Assembly (NCBI GenBank): GCA_035628505.1
Contig: DASPJR010000027.1
Coordinates: forward strand, 1-27,759
Direction of reading: 5' to 3'
From: Planctomycetota bacterium
Lineage (GTDB): Bacteria; Planctomycetota; SZUA-567; H5-PLA8
Length of the DNA stretch: 27,759 bases
Notes under the pieces: generated by a model
Database searches by the model: none
What the model saw: only the letters and a program-made list of their open reading frames with translations
What the model was told of the DNA's origin: nothing
Program-made: the position numbers and the translations under genes
Shown: positions 8,689-20,700 of the stretch, in pieces
How the letters are laid out: each line of letters opens with the position of its first letter
Position numbering within the stretch: the first letter of the stretch is position 1

Positions 8689-9582
8689 ATGCCTGAAGCC
8701 CGCGAACTGATTGACGACCGTGCCATGCAGCGCATCAGCAAGCTGCGTCTGGTGGCGCGCACCGTCGTTCAAAGCTTCATCTCCGGCCAGCACCGCAGCG
8801 TCTACAAGGGCTTCAGCGTCGAATTCGCGCAGCATCGCCAGTACGTGCGCGGCGACGAACTGCGCCACATCGACTGGAAAGTCTTCGCCAAAAGCGACCG
8901 CATCTTCGTCAAGCAGTACGAAGAAGAAACAAATCTGCGCGCCACAATCGTTCTCGATGCCAGCGGAAGCATGCTCTATAAGGGTGCAGGCGAGCAGAAA
9001 TTCGAGTACGCGCGCAAGCTCGCCGCTGCGTTGAGCTACCTGATGGTCGGCCAGTGCGACTCGGCCGGGTTGGTCACGTTCGACACCGAGGTCCGCTCGC
9101 ACATTCCCGCGCGCTCCACCAGTGGCCATCTCAACACGCTGCTGAACGTGCTCTCTGAAACCGAGCCGCGCGGCGAAACGAACCTGGCGCCGATCCTGCA
9201 GAACCTCAGTGCGCAGCTCAAGCGCCGCGGACTGGTGATCATTCTTTCTGATTTCTTCGCGCCGGTCGAAGAACTCACCAAGGCTCTGGGCCATTTTCAC
9301 CACAAGCGCCATGAAGTGATCCTGTTTCAGATCCTCGATCCGAACGAAGTCACGTTCCCGTTCGACAATGTCGCCGAGTTCCGCAGCCTCGAGAACAGCA
9401 ATATCAAGCTGCGCCTCGACGCGCCGCGCGTGCGCAAGCTGTACCTGGAACGGCTCGAAAAATTCACGCAGAAGCTTCGCGAGTCCTGCCACCGCTTTCA
9501 TTACGACCACGTCATGCTGCAGACCGACAGCCCGTATGACGCCGCGCTCAGCCACTATCTCATGAAGAGGCACGAGCGATGA
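8689..9582 (+). CDS. DUF58-family protein (vWA-like), the usual MoxR partner.
   Basis: YKGFSVEFAQHRQYVRGDELRHIDWKVFAKSDRIFVKQYEEE is the DUF58 signature. Sits 45 nt after moxR. Confidence 0.85.
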   Translation: MPEARELIDDRAMQRISKLRLVARTVVQSFISGQHRSVYKGFSVEFAQHRQYVRGDELRHIDWKVFAKSDRIFVKQYEEETNLRATIVLDASGSMLYKGAGEQKFEYARKLAAALSYLMVGQCDSAGLVTFDTEVRSHIPARSTSGHLNTLLNVLSETEPRGETNLAPILQNLSAQLKRRGLVIILSDFFAPVEELTKALGHFHHKRHEVILFQILDPNEVTFPFDNVAEFRSLENSNIKLRLDAPRVRKLYLERLEKFTQKLRESCHRFHYDHVMLQTDSPYDAALSHYLMKRHER

Positions 9583-9608
9583 ACCCGCGCGCGCGAGGAA
9601 ACAGCTGA

Positions 9609-11831
9609 ATGGTATTCCTCAACCTCCTGCTCGCCGGCGGTCTGCTCGCTGTCAGCGCGCCGATCATCATCCACCTGCTGCACCGCAGCAAGGTGATGCC
9701 CTACGACTGGGGCGCGATGATGTTCCTGGAAGAGCTCATGGCCGAGCGCGCGCGGCGGCTGCGCATGCAGGAGATCCTGCTGCTGATCGTGCGCGCGCTG
9801 ATCGTTGCCTGTCTCGCCTTCGCACTGATGCGCCCTGCAATCAAGTCGCCGACCGCCGGCGTGCGCTCAGCCGATACGCACACCAGCGCCGTCGTTTTGC
9901 TGGACGATTCCTACTCCATGAACACCGGACACAACCGCAAAGCCTGGCAGGACGCCTGCGACGCGGCGATTAAGTACATCGGCACGCTGCAGAGCGGCGA
10001 TGACGTCTCGGTGATGTTCACCTCGTCGGCCGGAAAAGTTCCGCCGCCCGCAGCGCTGTACGATCACGAACGCGCGCGCGAAATCATCCGCAAGGCCACG
10101 CCACAATACGATAAGACAGATATTCCGCGCGCGCTCTCCGCCGCGCTGCAGCAGCTCGACAGCCAGCACAATCCGCGCCGCGAACTGGTCCTGTTTACCG
10201 ACATGCAGGCCAGCGGATGGGAACTGGCCGACGGCGCGCGCTGGTCGTTCATTGCTGGAACAGTGCGCTCGGCGCGCGTGCGGCCGAACATTATTCTCGC
10301 GGCCACGCCCGAGCTCAAACCGAACAACCTGGCGCTGCTGAAAATCGAACCCTCGCGGCAGGTTGTAGACAGCTTCACGCCCGTCACGTTCAACGTCACG
10401 GTCGCGAATGAAAGCCCCGAGGCCATGCGCGACGCAACGGTAACGTTCATCGTCGACAACGTCGCCAAAGCCACGCGTTCCGTCAAACTCGATCCGGGCG
10501 GACGCGAAGTCGTTGCCTTCGAACATAAATTTGAGCGGCCGGGCTCGCATTATGTCGCCTGCCGCGCACGTTCCTCACAGGACATGCTGGAAGACGATAA
10601 CGAGCTCAATCACAGCGTTGTGGTGATCGACCGCTTGCCGGTGCTGCTCGTCGACGGCGACAAGAAAGACAGGCCGCTGGGCAGCGAGACCGATTTTCTG
10701 CGGCTGGCTCTTTCGCCGCGAGACCGTGACGATCCCAACTGGCGCACCGTTATTGATACTACCGTGATCGACAGCACCGACCTGCGCTATACCGATCTTT
10801 CGAAATTCCGCGTCGTCGTGCTGGCCAATGTCGCTGCACTGCCTGCGGCCGCCGTTTCAGAAATTGAACGCTTTGTCGTCGCGGGCGGCGGTCTGATGAT
10901 CGCGCTCGGCAATAATATACGGCCTGATGCTTACAACCGTGATCTGTTCCGGCAGGGAGCGGGGCTGCTTCCGGTTGCACTGAAGCGGATTGAAGGGGCA
11001 ACGCTGCAGAATGAAAGCTCCGGCGCCGTGCGCCTGGTCGCAGCGGGTTCGTCCGCGCCAAAGCCGGCGCAGCAGGGCCCCGATCCCGTGCATCTGGCCA
11101 GCATCGTCTCCAACGCGCCGGCACTCGATCTCTTCCGCCCGGAAAAGGGGCAGGACTGGTCGCGCGCGCGCGTGCGCAGCTATTTCTCTGTCGCGGCGCC
11201 CGGTGACGGCGTTCGCGCGCTTGCCGCATTTTCGAATGGCGATCCGGTGCTGCTGCAGAAGCGCCTGGGCGAGGGCCGCGTGCTGCTCTTTACCTCGGCG
11301 ATAGACATGGACTGGTCAGATCTGCCCATTCACCCCTTCTATGTGCCGCTCATGCAGAATCTCGTCTTTGATCTGGCTTCTGCCGTTATCCCGCCGCGCA
11401 ATGTTCCCGTCGGGCAAACCATCGCCTACGTCGCCACGGGGCCGAATGCGCTCAAGCCGCACATCCTGATTCCGCCGGGCGGCGAACCGATCACGCTGAA
11501 GACGCAGCGCCAGGGGCAGCTTTCGATCTTCACGCACGAAAACACAAAGACGCCCGGGCTTTACTCGATTGCTCCCGAAGGCGCGCCGCCGGACGAGCGT
11601 GTGTTTTACACCGTGACGGCTGACCGTTCGGACTCCGTGCTCGACCGTCTTGAGCGCGAAGACACCGAAAAACTAGAGCGCGATCTGGGCGCGCACATCG
11701 CCTCGGACTGGAGCGCCATGGCGAGGCTGCTGATGCTGGACGCCGGGAGCTTTGAAATCTCGAAGTATCTATTGATGGCGGCAATCGTCTTCTGCTTCGT
11801 TGAAATCTGGCTCACGCGGAGGTGGGCATGA
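9609..11831 (+). CDS. BatA-like membrane protein: N-terminal double-TM BatA_N domain, vWA domain, GATase1-like/DUF4159-like domain and a C-terminal TM.
   Basis: MVFLNLLLAGGLLAVSAPIIIHLLHRSK is the BatA N-terminal motif. vWA MIDAS motif VVLLDDSYSMN. VVVLANVAALP...FVVAGGGLMIALGN resembles a class-I amidotransferase-like fold. SD gagga upstream. Confidence 0.8.
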   Translation: MVFLNLLLAGGLLAVSAPIIIHLLHRSKVMPYDWGAMMFLEELMAERARRLRMQEILLLIVRALIVACLAFALMRPAIKSPTAGVRSADTHTSAVVLLDDSYSMNTGHNRKAWQDACDAAIKYIGTLQSGDDVSVMFTSSAGKVPPPAALYDHERAREIIRKATPQYDKTDIPRALSAALQQLDSQHNPRRELVLFTDMQASGWELADGARWSFIAGTVRSARVRPNIILAATPELKPNNLALLKIEPSRQVVDSFTPVTFNVTVANESPEAMRDATVTFIVDNVAKATRSVKLDPGGREVVAFEHKFERPGSHYVACRARSSQDMLEDDNELNHSVVVIDRLPVLLVDGDKKDRPLGSETDFLRLALSPRDRDDPNWRTVIDTTVIDSTDLRYTDLSKFRVVVLANVAALPAAAVSEIERFVVAGGGLMIALGNNIRPDAYNRDLFRQGAGLLPVALKRIEGATLQNESSGAVRLVAAGSSAPKPAQQGPDPVHLASIVSNAPALDLFRPEKGQDWSRARVRSYFSVAAPGDGVRALAAFSNGDPVLLQKRLGEGRVLLFTSAIDMDWSDLPIHPFYVPLMQNLVFDLASAVIPPRNVPVGQTIAYVATGPNALKPHILIPPGGEPITLKTQRQGQLSIFTHENTKTPGLYSIAPEGAPPDERVFYTVTADRSDSVLDRLEREDTEKLERDLGAHIASDWSAMARLLMLDAGSFEISKYLLMAAIVFCFVEIWLTRRWA

Positions 11832-14632
11832 GCGACTCAACGGTGGGCAATGCCGTCAACCTTGTCCTGACCGGCTACGCCTGGTGGCTGATGATTCCCG
11901 CATCGGCCGTGCTTGGCGTGCTGATCGCTCGGCTTTACATGAAGGAGACAGAAGGCTTCGGCAACGGCGGAATGTGGCTGCGCATGCTGCGTGCGGCCGT
12001 GGTGGTGATCCTGGTGTTGCTGCTCTCGCAACCTATTATTCACCGTGTGACAGCGCTGCACGAACCGCCTGTCGTGATCGTGCTGCGCGACCAGTCGACG
12101 AGCATGAGCGTCAAAGATACGCACGAGCCGATCGAGAAGAAAGTTCGCGCCGCAGTGGTGCTTGGCCTGCTCGATGGCAAACTTCGCGATCTTAATGCCG
12201 AGAACGCCGTGACATCCCTGACGTCGGCACTCACAGCGCTCGAGTCCGCAACAGGGGGCGTGCGGCAGGCAATGCAGCAGCTGCAGGAAAGCGGCGAAAG
12301 TTCAGCGGGCATCCAGGAGCGCCTGACGCAGGCGCGAAAGTACCTTTCCACTCTTGCTGCCGAATCGCGCAAGGCCGCCGATCTTCTCGCAGCGGCGCCG
12401 CTGGTTCAGCCGCATCAGAAACCCGCCGCCCTGAAAGCCGCCGAAATGGCCGCGGCTCTGGACAAGGACCTGAGCGAGGTTCCGCTGAAAAATGCGGACG
12501 CGCGCAAGTTCCTCATGGATAAGAGCCAGTCGCTTAAAGCACTCAAGCAGGATCTCACCCGCGTCACCGCCGATGCGCGCAAGCTGCAGGATCGCGTCGA
12601 TCGGGCGCTGGGCGAAAGCGGCAAGCAGCCGGTCAAGACTGCCATTGAAGCGATCGATAAGATGGACCGCATCACCTTCACGACGGCCATTCTGGACAAG
12701 TCCACGACGGAGCTTGGCGGCGAGCAGGCCCGGATCGTCAGCTACAATATTGATACGGATCTGCGCAGCCCGGACGGAAAATTTCTCGAACGCGAACCGG
12801 ACAAGAACGAGAGCAAGGACGCGAAGCCTGAAAAGCGCACCGACGCGCGCCAGACGCGCGCAGATACGGACCTCGCAACGCCGCTGCTTCGCCTGCTTGA
12901 AAAACACGCGCACGACACGGTCACATCTATTGTCCTCTGCAGCGACGGCCGCCACACCAGCGGACCGGCGCCAGAAGACGCCGCACGCGCCATCGCGGCG
13001 CGCGGCATCACCCTGCACTCGCTGGGAGTTGGCAGCACGGAAGCGCCGCCGGATATCTGCGTCGCACGCCTGGACGGCACGCTCTCGGTGTTCCTTGAAG
13101 AAACCATTCGCCTCACCGCGCAGATCAAATGCACGGGCTTGAAGAATCAGAAGTGTAAGCTCGCGCTGAAGTCGGGCGACAAAACGATCCAGGAACGCGT
13201 GCTCGCCATCGGTTCTGACGGCTGGCTCACCGAAACATTTGAGCTCACCGCAACGAAGAGCGGGCCCAATGCGTTCACGGCATCGATTGAACCACTGCCG
13301 GGCGAGGCGCTCACGACAAACAACAGCGCCGATGCCGTTGTCGATGTCGCCAACGACCGGCTGAAAGTCCTGGTTGTCGATGAACTTCCGCGCTGGGAAA
13401 CGCGTTATGTCGCCAGCCTCCTGCGCCGCGAGCGCAAAATGGAACTGAAAGAACGCTGGCTGATCAGCGGCGACGGAATGGGCCCACGGCCAAAGGCTCT
13501 GCCGGAAGAACAGAAAGGACTGGAAGAATACGACATCATTGTGCTGGGCGACGTAATGGCAGAACGGCTCGACGATGCCGCGCAGAAGCGCCTCGCGCGC
13601 TATGTCGCGGACAACGGCGGCTTTTTGGTCGTCATCGCCGGAAATAAAGCCATGCCGCGCGCGTACCCAAGTGGTCCGCTCGCCGATCTGCTGCCGATCA
13701 AGCAGCAACTCACGACCGGCGCTGCGGCAATGCTGACAGCCGATGCCACCGCCGGCGCGCGCGTGAAACTCGACGCGGACGGCAGCCGCAGCGAGATCGT
13801 ACGCGTTCTGCGTGATCCGGCGCTGAACGAGCAGCTCTGGCCGGCGCTTCCGGAACTGACCTGGATTGCGCGGCCCGCTTTCGCAAAGCCAGGCGCGACG
13901 ACGCTCCTTTATGCCGACGACGCGCGAAAGGATGCGGTCGTCGCCGTGCACAGCTACGGCGCGGGGCGTGTGCTTTATATCGGATCGGACAACACCTGGC
14001 GCTGGCGCTATAAAGTTGGCGACCGCGTGCACGCTGTCTTCTGGTCGCAGGCAATGCGCTGGGGTACCAGCAACCGCCTGACCGGCAATCCGCGGCTGAA
14101 AGTCGGGCTCGACCGCCGCCAGATCCGCCCCGGAGAGAACCTCGAAGTAATTGCGCGGCCGCGCGACAGGGCGGGCGCAGCCGTCGCCAATGCATTGGTC
14201 ATTGCCGAGCTCGAAGACCGCACGCGCCAGCAGCACGTTCAGCTTCAGCCGGTGGCCGACAGCGGCGGGCTGTACCGCGGTGTGCTGCAGAACATCGGCG
14301 CCGGCGTGCACTCGATCAAGATCAAAGTTCAGTCCCCCGACTTCGAAGGCATCGAAGAAACCCTGCAGGTCATTTCGCGCGAAGTGACCGGCCAGGAAGG
14401 CGTGGAACTTTCACGGGATACGGCGCGGCTCGCATCCCTGGCGCAGGCCGGCTCCGGCCGCAGCCTTGATATCCTGGAAGCGCGTCAGCTCTTCAAAGAA
14501 CTCGCCGGCCAGGGAAAGATCCGCACGGTCGAGTCCTCTTACGAACTATGGTCGTCGTACTGGGCGCTGCTGCTCGTGGTGGCGCTGCTGGCTGCCGAGT
14601 GGCTCCTGCGCAAAAAGATGGGCATGGCCTGA
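11828..14632 (+). CDS. Second BatA_N-type membrane protein (BatB-like). N-terminal double TM, a long coiled/extended region, a vWA-like segment (IVLCSDGRHTSG) and a GATase1-like domain (YDIIVLGDV...GGFLVVIAGN).
   Basis: ATG at 11828 overlaps the upstream stop (ATGA). SD ggaggtgg at 11816-11823. 935 aa. Confidence 0.7.
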   Translation: MSDSTVGNAVNLVLTGYAWWLMIPASAVLGVLIARLYMKETEGFGNGGMWLRMLRAAVVVILVLLLSQPIIHRVTALHEPPVVIVLRDQSTSMSVKDTHEPIEKKVRAAVVLGLLDGKLRDLNAENAVTSLTSALTALESATGGVRQAMQQLQESGESSAGIQERLTQARKYLSTLAAESRKAADLLAAAPLVQPHQKPAALKAAEMAAALDKDLSEVPLKNADARKFLMDKSQSLKALKQDLTRVTADARKLQDRVDRALGESGKQPVKTAIEAIDKMDRITFTTAILDKSTTELGGEQARIVSYNIDTDLRSPDGKFLEREPDKNESKDAKPEKRTDARQTRADTDLATPLLRLLEKHAHDTVTSIVLCSDGRHTSGPAPEDAARAIAARGITLHSLGVGSTEAPPDICVARLDGTLSVFLEETIRLTAQIKCTGLKNQKCKLALKSGDKTIQERVLAIGSDGWLTETFELTATKSGPNAFTASIEPLPGEALTTNNSADAVVDVANDRLKVLVVDELPRWETRYVASLLRRERKMELKERWLISGDGMGPRPKALPEEQKGLEEYDIIVLGDVMAERLDDAAQKRLARYVADNGGFLVVIAGNKAMPRAYPSGPLADLLPIKQQLTTGAAAMLTADATAGARVKLDADGSRSEIVRVLRDPALNEQLWPALPELTWIARPAFAKPGATTLLYADDARKDAVVAVHSYGAGRVLYIGSDNTWRWRYKVGDRVHAVFWSQAMRWGTSNRLTGNPRLKVGLDRRQIRPGENLEVIARPRDRAGAAVANALVIAELEDRTRQQHVQLQPVADSGGLYRGVLQNIGAGVHSIKIKVQSPDFEGIEETLQVISREVTGQEGVELSRDTARLASLAQAGSGRSLDILEARQLFKELAGQGKIRTVESSYELWSSYWALLLVVALLAAEWLLRKKMGMA

Positions 14633-14708
14633 AGCGGCAGCGATTTCAGTCAACGGCAGTTCCGCATAGCGGTAGAAGCAGGCAGCACAAGGGGCTGGTT
14701 CAACGACG

Positions 14709-17700
14709 ATGAGCGAACCGGAAATTCTCGAAGAGGAGGCGCCGCCGGTACTGGAAGTCCCGGCTCCGGTCGCCAGCGCTCTGCAGCGCTTCGCCGACGA
14801 GACGCGCCGTCTGGCCATTCGCGAGTGCTTTGCCTGGGCAGCGGTCATCCTGATCGGGCTCTTTACGCTGCTGGCGTTTGCCGATTTCCTGCAGCTCTTC
14901 GGCGATGGCGCCCGCAAGACCCTCGCAGTTCTGTTTTACGCAATTGTTGCAGGCATCACGGGATTTCTCCTGTCGCGCGCACTGCGGCGCCGCACTCCAA
15001 CCGAAATCGCACTGGCTCTTGAGGAGCGCGTGCCGGACGGGGCACTGGAGGAACGCGTCTCAACGACCGTCGAGCTGGCTGAACGGTATGCGTCAGGAAC
15101 CGTACAGGACGACGAAGGCGTATCGGACGCCCTGATCTCACGCGTGGCCGACGAGGCCGCGGTGCTGATCGAGCGCATTAATGTCGAAGAACTCACCGAC
15201 CGCACAGGCTCCCGGCGCTCCGCGCGGGCGGCACTGGCGTCCTTCGCCGTGGCGGTACTGCTTTGTCTCATTCCCGTTCTGCATATGCCCGTGCTTTACG
15301 CCCGCGCATTTTTTCCCTGGCAGAAGCTGCAGCGGCCAAGCGAAACGCTGATCGCCGTGCTGCCGGGAGATTCGCGCATCGTTGAGGGCGCGCCGTTAAA
15401 AATTGAGGCGCGTCTGAGCGGCAAGCTCGTTAAAGAGGCCGCGGTCGAAATGCGCGATCACAACAGCTCGGCCTGGGTCTCGACAGAAATGAAGGCCGAT
15501 CCTACTTCGCCCGAGCGCTTTGAATTAACGCTGTCCTCTGTCCGCGCGCAGGCCGACTACCGCATTCGCGCCGGTGACGGATTGACAGCCGAGTACCACA
15601 TCCAGGTGCTGCCGCGCCCGGAGATCACCGGCCTGAAGATGGTGGTAACCTACCCCGTCTACGCCAACAAACCGCCGGAAACGTTCGAACGCATCAGCGG
15701 CGACCTGTCGGTGCTGAAGGGTTCGAAAGTGCAACTGAGTGTCACATCGAACACGGATCTTTCAGCCGCAGTCATCGAGTTTTCAAACGACCGCCGCGTC
15801 TCGATGTCACTGGGGCAGAAGTCGGCCTCGGCGTCCTTTGATATCACGGAAGACAGCCAATACCGAATCCAGCTTCGCTCGACGGATGGCGTGAGCAATC
15901 CCGATGCGCCGCTGTTTGCCATTCACGCCGTTCCGGACAAGGCGCCGCAGGTCGCCGTGCACAGCCCGGGCTCTGATGATGCGACAGATCCGGCTACGCT
16001 GCTGAACCTGGAAACGCGCGCGGAGGACGATTTCGGAATCACCTCCATGCGGCTGGTCGTGAAGACCGAACAGCGCGCAAAGCCCGTGACGGTTCAGCTG
16101 CAGAAACCCGAAGATGCCGGCAAGGTCTGGCTCGTTTCACAACCCTGGGACCTCGCCGGGCTTTTCTTGAAAGATGGCGAAATTGTCACGTACCGCGTCG
16201 AAGCGGTAGACACGTCGGGCTCGGTGGGCAAGAGCGATGAGCGGCGGCTGCGCATCGAAAGCGGTCAGAAACATCCCTCTGTCAAAGTGCTGTCTGAACT
16301 GGAAAGAGTGCAGAAGCACGTCGATGGCGCGCACCGGCTGCTGACAACGGCTCGGAACGACATCGCCGAAATGCGCCAACTGTTCCGCCCTGAAGACGTT
16401 GAATATCAGGCCGCTGAGCGCCTGCTGCTTGAAGAGACGCTGCGCCGCATCCGCCGGGAGACGCAGAGCGCGTCGGCGCTGCTGGAAGCCGTCACGCCTG
16501 ATGCGGAAACTGGATCGATGCGCACGCTGGTACAGGCGCTGACAAACGCGCTGGCGCGCTTCAGTTCCACTGAACTCCATCCGCTGCAGAGCAACGCCAC
16601 GCGCGCGCGCTCCAATGGCAGCGCCGCGGTCGCCGCGGGCCTTGAAGTGCTGATGGTCCAGGCGCCGAAAGTGGAAGAGCGGCTGAACATGCTGCATGAG
16701 GCGCTCACCGCCGCCCACCGGTACGCCGGAGCAACGGTGCTGAACGAGCGCGCTGAGGATATTCGCAAATCGCAGAAGAAGATTTCGCCGATACTCCTCG
16801 GCGCTGCGGCGTGGAGCCCGAAGGGCAACTTCACACCGGGTCTTGCGGCTGAATACTACAGGGGCACAAATTTCGAGCAGCTCGTGCGCCGCACGGTCGA
16901 GAACAATCTGGATCTGAAGAACCAGGATCTCCCCGACGTGGGCCGCGAGAATTTTACAGTCCGCTGGAAAGGACAGGTGCTCGCCCCGCGCGCCGGCCGC
17001 TACACCTTCCGTGCCACGGCCGATGACGGCGTGCGCCTGACCGTCGCTGGAAAGAAGCTCATCGATGAATGGCGCATGCAGGCCGCGACGCCGTTCGAAG
17101 CGGCGATCGAGCTTAAAGAAGGCTGGAGCGACATTGTTCTGGAGTTCTTGCAGGGCTCGGGCGGCTATGAGCTCAACCTCGTTCGCTCCGGGCCGAAGAT
17201 TGCAACCGCGCCTATTCCGCCCGAGCACCTCCGCACCACCGGTACGACCATTGCCGTGAATCCAGACACAGTCAAAGCCGCCATGGTTGAGAGCGCCAGC
17301 GACGCCGCCGTTCAGCAGTCGCTCGTGCGCCTGCAGACGATGCTGCAGGCTTCGCAGCAGCTTGCGCCCGAATACACGCGCCTGAGCAAGCTTCCTCCCA
17401 CAGCCGACGAGGAAGGCGTGAAGCAGAGCGCCGAGTGGGGCCGCGAACTGATCAAGAACGTCGGCGAACTCGTCGGCGTCAAGACACTGTCGCCCGGACT
17501 GGCCGTTCCACTCATGCAATGGCAGGAACACACGCGCGGAATCGATCATCGTTACCGTGAACTGCGCGCGCGCTACAAGGCGAAGGTCGACGAATGGGCA
17601 AAGAAATTCGCTGCGGATATTTTCGAAGCCACGGCAAAACTCAAAGATCTTCAGCAGAATGCCGAGAACGCGCGCAAGGCTTTCGAGACGCTCATCCAGG

Positions 17701-20700
17701 CATCCAAGCAGCCGAAAGACGAAAAGCGCGAAGCAGCGATGCAGCAGGCCGACGCGATGGTGCGTTCCATGGCCGAGGATCTGCAGACGCAGGCCAAGGA
17801 GATTGCCGCGGAATTCGCCAAGGCAGCCGAGGACGTCAACCGCCCACTCGACGAACGCCGCATCCTCAAAGCGCTCGAGCACAAAGCTGAAATGATGGCG
17901 CTTGAGCCCGCCGGCACACTGGCCAAGCGGCTTGAAGACGCAAAGACGCCGGAGGAACTGGCGAAGACGGAGCAGAAGGTTCCGAACTTCGGAACGAAGG
18001 CCGCCGAGCTGAGCCAGAAAGCCGCCGCGCTGGCACAGGCGACGGAAAAGATGGAACGCGCCGTGGCGCTGCGTGAAGCACTCGAGGAGCTTGCGGAGAC
18101 TGAGCAGGAAGCCCGCGAGGCGCTCGCCGAAGCACCCACGGCAGAGAATGCCGCCAAACAGCAGGAGGCCGCGGCGGAATTGAAGGAGCAGGCCGCGGAG
18201 CTCAAGCACGCCGTCGAGCTGGCGCGCAACAACGTTGACAACAACACGCTGAACCAGGCAGCGCAGCTCGCCGATCGGGCGCTTGCAACCAATGCTGCCG
18301 ATCTTCTGAAAAAGCGCGCGGAACAGGCGCTTGCGGGGGAGCTTGATCCGAAGAAAGATTCCGCGAACGCTCCGGCTCGAAAGGCTGCAGACAAAGATCT
18401 GGCTGAGCAGGCAAAGAAAGCGTCTGAGACCGCAGCCGCTATCAATAAAGAATTAGCGCAGCAGGCCGCGCAGCTCAATGGCGATGTTGCCAACACGCTG
18501 CGTGAAGCCGCGAAAGATCTGCAGGCCAGCTCACAGGCACTCGAAGCCGCCAAGCAGCCGGCCGAGGCTGCCGCGGCGCTTGACCGGGCCGCCGACAAGG
18601 CGATCGAAGCGCAGGCTGAAGCGGCCAATGCCGCCGAGCAGATCGCGCTGAACGCCGAGGCCATGCGCCGCGCCGCGAAGACGGACGCGGAACGCGCGCG
18701 CGCCGATGATATGGTGCGCCTGGCTGCAGCCATTCACAACGAAGTGGAAAAGCAGATCGCGCCACTGGCCGAGCAGCTTGATCGCGCGGAGAAGAACCCC
18801 GATGCCGTCCCCGTGCCGGCTGACGCGCAGGAGCAGGGAAAGAACGAAGCCGCAAAGCTGAACAAGCTCGCCGACATCGCCGCGCAGTTGCAGTCGCCAG
18901 ACGCCAACCAGCAGAAGGCAGCGCACGACGCGATCAATAAGGTGCTCGCCGAGCAAGGCGCGGCCAAGGACGTCGAAGAAGCGCTCAAGCAGGCGCAAGC
19001 GCTCGAGACGGCGGCGGAGCATCTCGAGAAAGCCGAAGCTGCCGCGGCAGCAGGCGCGGAGGCCAAGACCGGTGAAAAGGGCGCTGACAAAGCCGGCGAA
19101 AAAGCCGGAGAGAAGGGCGGCGAGAAAGGCGCAGACGCCGCCGCGAAGCAGGAAGCGGAATTGAAAGCCGCCGAGGCGGCGCTCGCTGAAGCGGTGAAAG
19201 CCGATGCTGCCGAGGCAGGGAAAGAGGCGCTCGCCGAAAGGCTGGGCGAGATGGCCGGTGAGCTGCGCCAGCAAGCCGAGGAACAGCGGCAACTGGCAAA
19301 TCACCTCAACCAGGCGGCTGGGCTCGAGCAGCAGGCGCGCGAGAACCTGAAGAAGGAGGCCCCTGCCCTCGCCCAGTCACTGCGCGACGCACAGAAGAAT
19401 GCGGCCAACGCGGCCAAGGGAAAAGCTCCTGACATCGCGCAGCCGCTCAATAATGCGCAGCAGGGATTGGCGAAGTCCGCCGAAGCATTGCAGGCTGAAG
19501 CTGCAAAGGCAGACGGAACTCCGCTGGAGCAGCTTGCGGCAGATCTTGAAAAAATTGCCAAGGACATCGAGGCGCCCATCGGCGAGCTTGCCGCGGCGCT
19601 GAATAAGGGCGCTGAAGGAACGCAGGATATCCAGCGCGCCGGACGCGAAGCGCGAAATGCCGCCGGACGCGCAAAGGAACTTGCCGCTGAGATGCAACGC
19701 GCCGAACGCGCAGCGGATCTGGCCGCAGCCGAGGCGCAGGAAGCCCAGGGCGAGCGGGCCGATCTGGAAGCGCAGGTCAAGGCAGCGATTGCTGCGCTTG
19801 AAAATCAGGGCGGCGCGCCCGAAGCGGAATTGGCGGCGCTGAAAAAGGCTGCTGCATCCGGCGAGCCGAAGAGCGCTCAGGGAAATCCCGAGGGAGGAGA
19901 AAAACAGGCGCAAAGCGGAGCGCAGAAAGGCGAAGCGTCCGCCCAGAATCCGAAAAGCGGACAGAATCTACAAAGCGGGCAGAATCCACAAAGCGGGCAG
20001 AACCCGCAAAGCGCCCAGAACGCGCAGAATCCAGGGCAAAATGCCCAGCACGGTCAAACTCCGCAGAGTGCTCAGAATCCCCAGAGCGGCCAAAATCCGC
20101 AGAGCGGCCAGAATGCCCAAAGCGGGCAGAAGAGTGCTCAAAGCGGACAGAGCGGACAGAAGCCCTCCTCTGCTGCGGCTGGCGAGCCTACGCAGGAATC
20201 CATGCAACTCGAAGCCGAGCGCGCGCGCGCCGACAGCGAACGCCTGCAGCAGATGGCCGCGCAGATGGAAAAAATCGCTGCATCGCTGAGCCCGGCCGGC
20301 GCGCAATCGTCGCAGAAGCCTGCATCGGACAAGGCCAGTACCACACCTGCGGCCGATGCGCTTGAAGCAGTCGAAGACGCCAAGGCAGCGCTGGCGACCG
20401 GCGATAAAGCCGGCGCGGCCGAAGCGATCAATGAAGCGCAGGAATTTCTTGAGCAGGCTGCCGAGGCCGCTCGCGCGGAAGCGACTGGAATGAAAACGCC
20501 GGGCAAGTCGGAAGCCGAAGCGCTCGCCGACGGCGAACCGAGCCCCAAGAGCAAAGGCACGGGACAAGGCAAGAGCCAGGCGCAGGGACAGGGCCAGGGC
20601 AAGACGCCCGCGCAGAAAGCCGCTGCCCAGCAGTCCAAAGGCGCGCTCGCTCCCGAACCGCCGGCTGGAATTCCGATCGACAAGGCCACGTGGAACCGCC

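Noticed and set aside
8071-9573. 500-aa minus-strand ORF
   Set aside because: Antisense to the moxR and DUF58 genes, which have unambiguous conserved motifs. Composition artefact.
12302-14311. 669-aa minus-strand ORF
   Set aside because: Antisense to the second BatA-like gene. No motifs and an Arg/Ala-rich artefact composition.
16137-18733. 690-aa and 360-aa minus-strand ORFs, plus many shorter Ala/Ser/Arg-rich ones through 20776
   Set aside because: They mirror the GCN/GAR-rich codons of the giant coiled-coil gene on the opposite strand. The sense gene has PA14 and heptad-periodic sequence.
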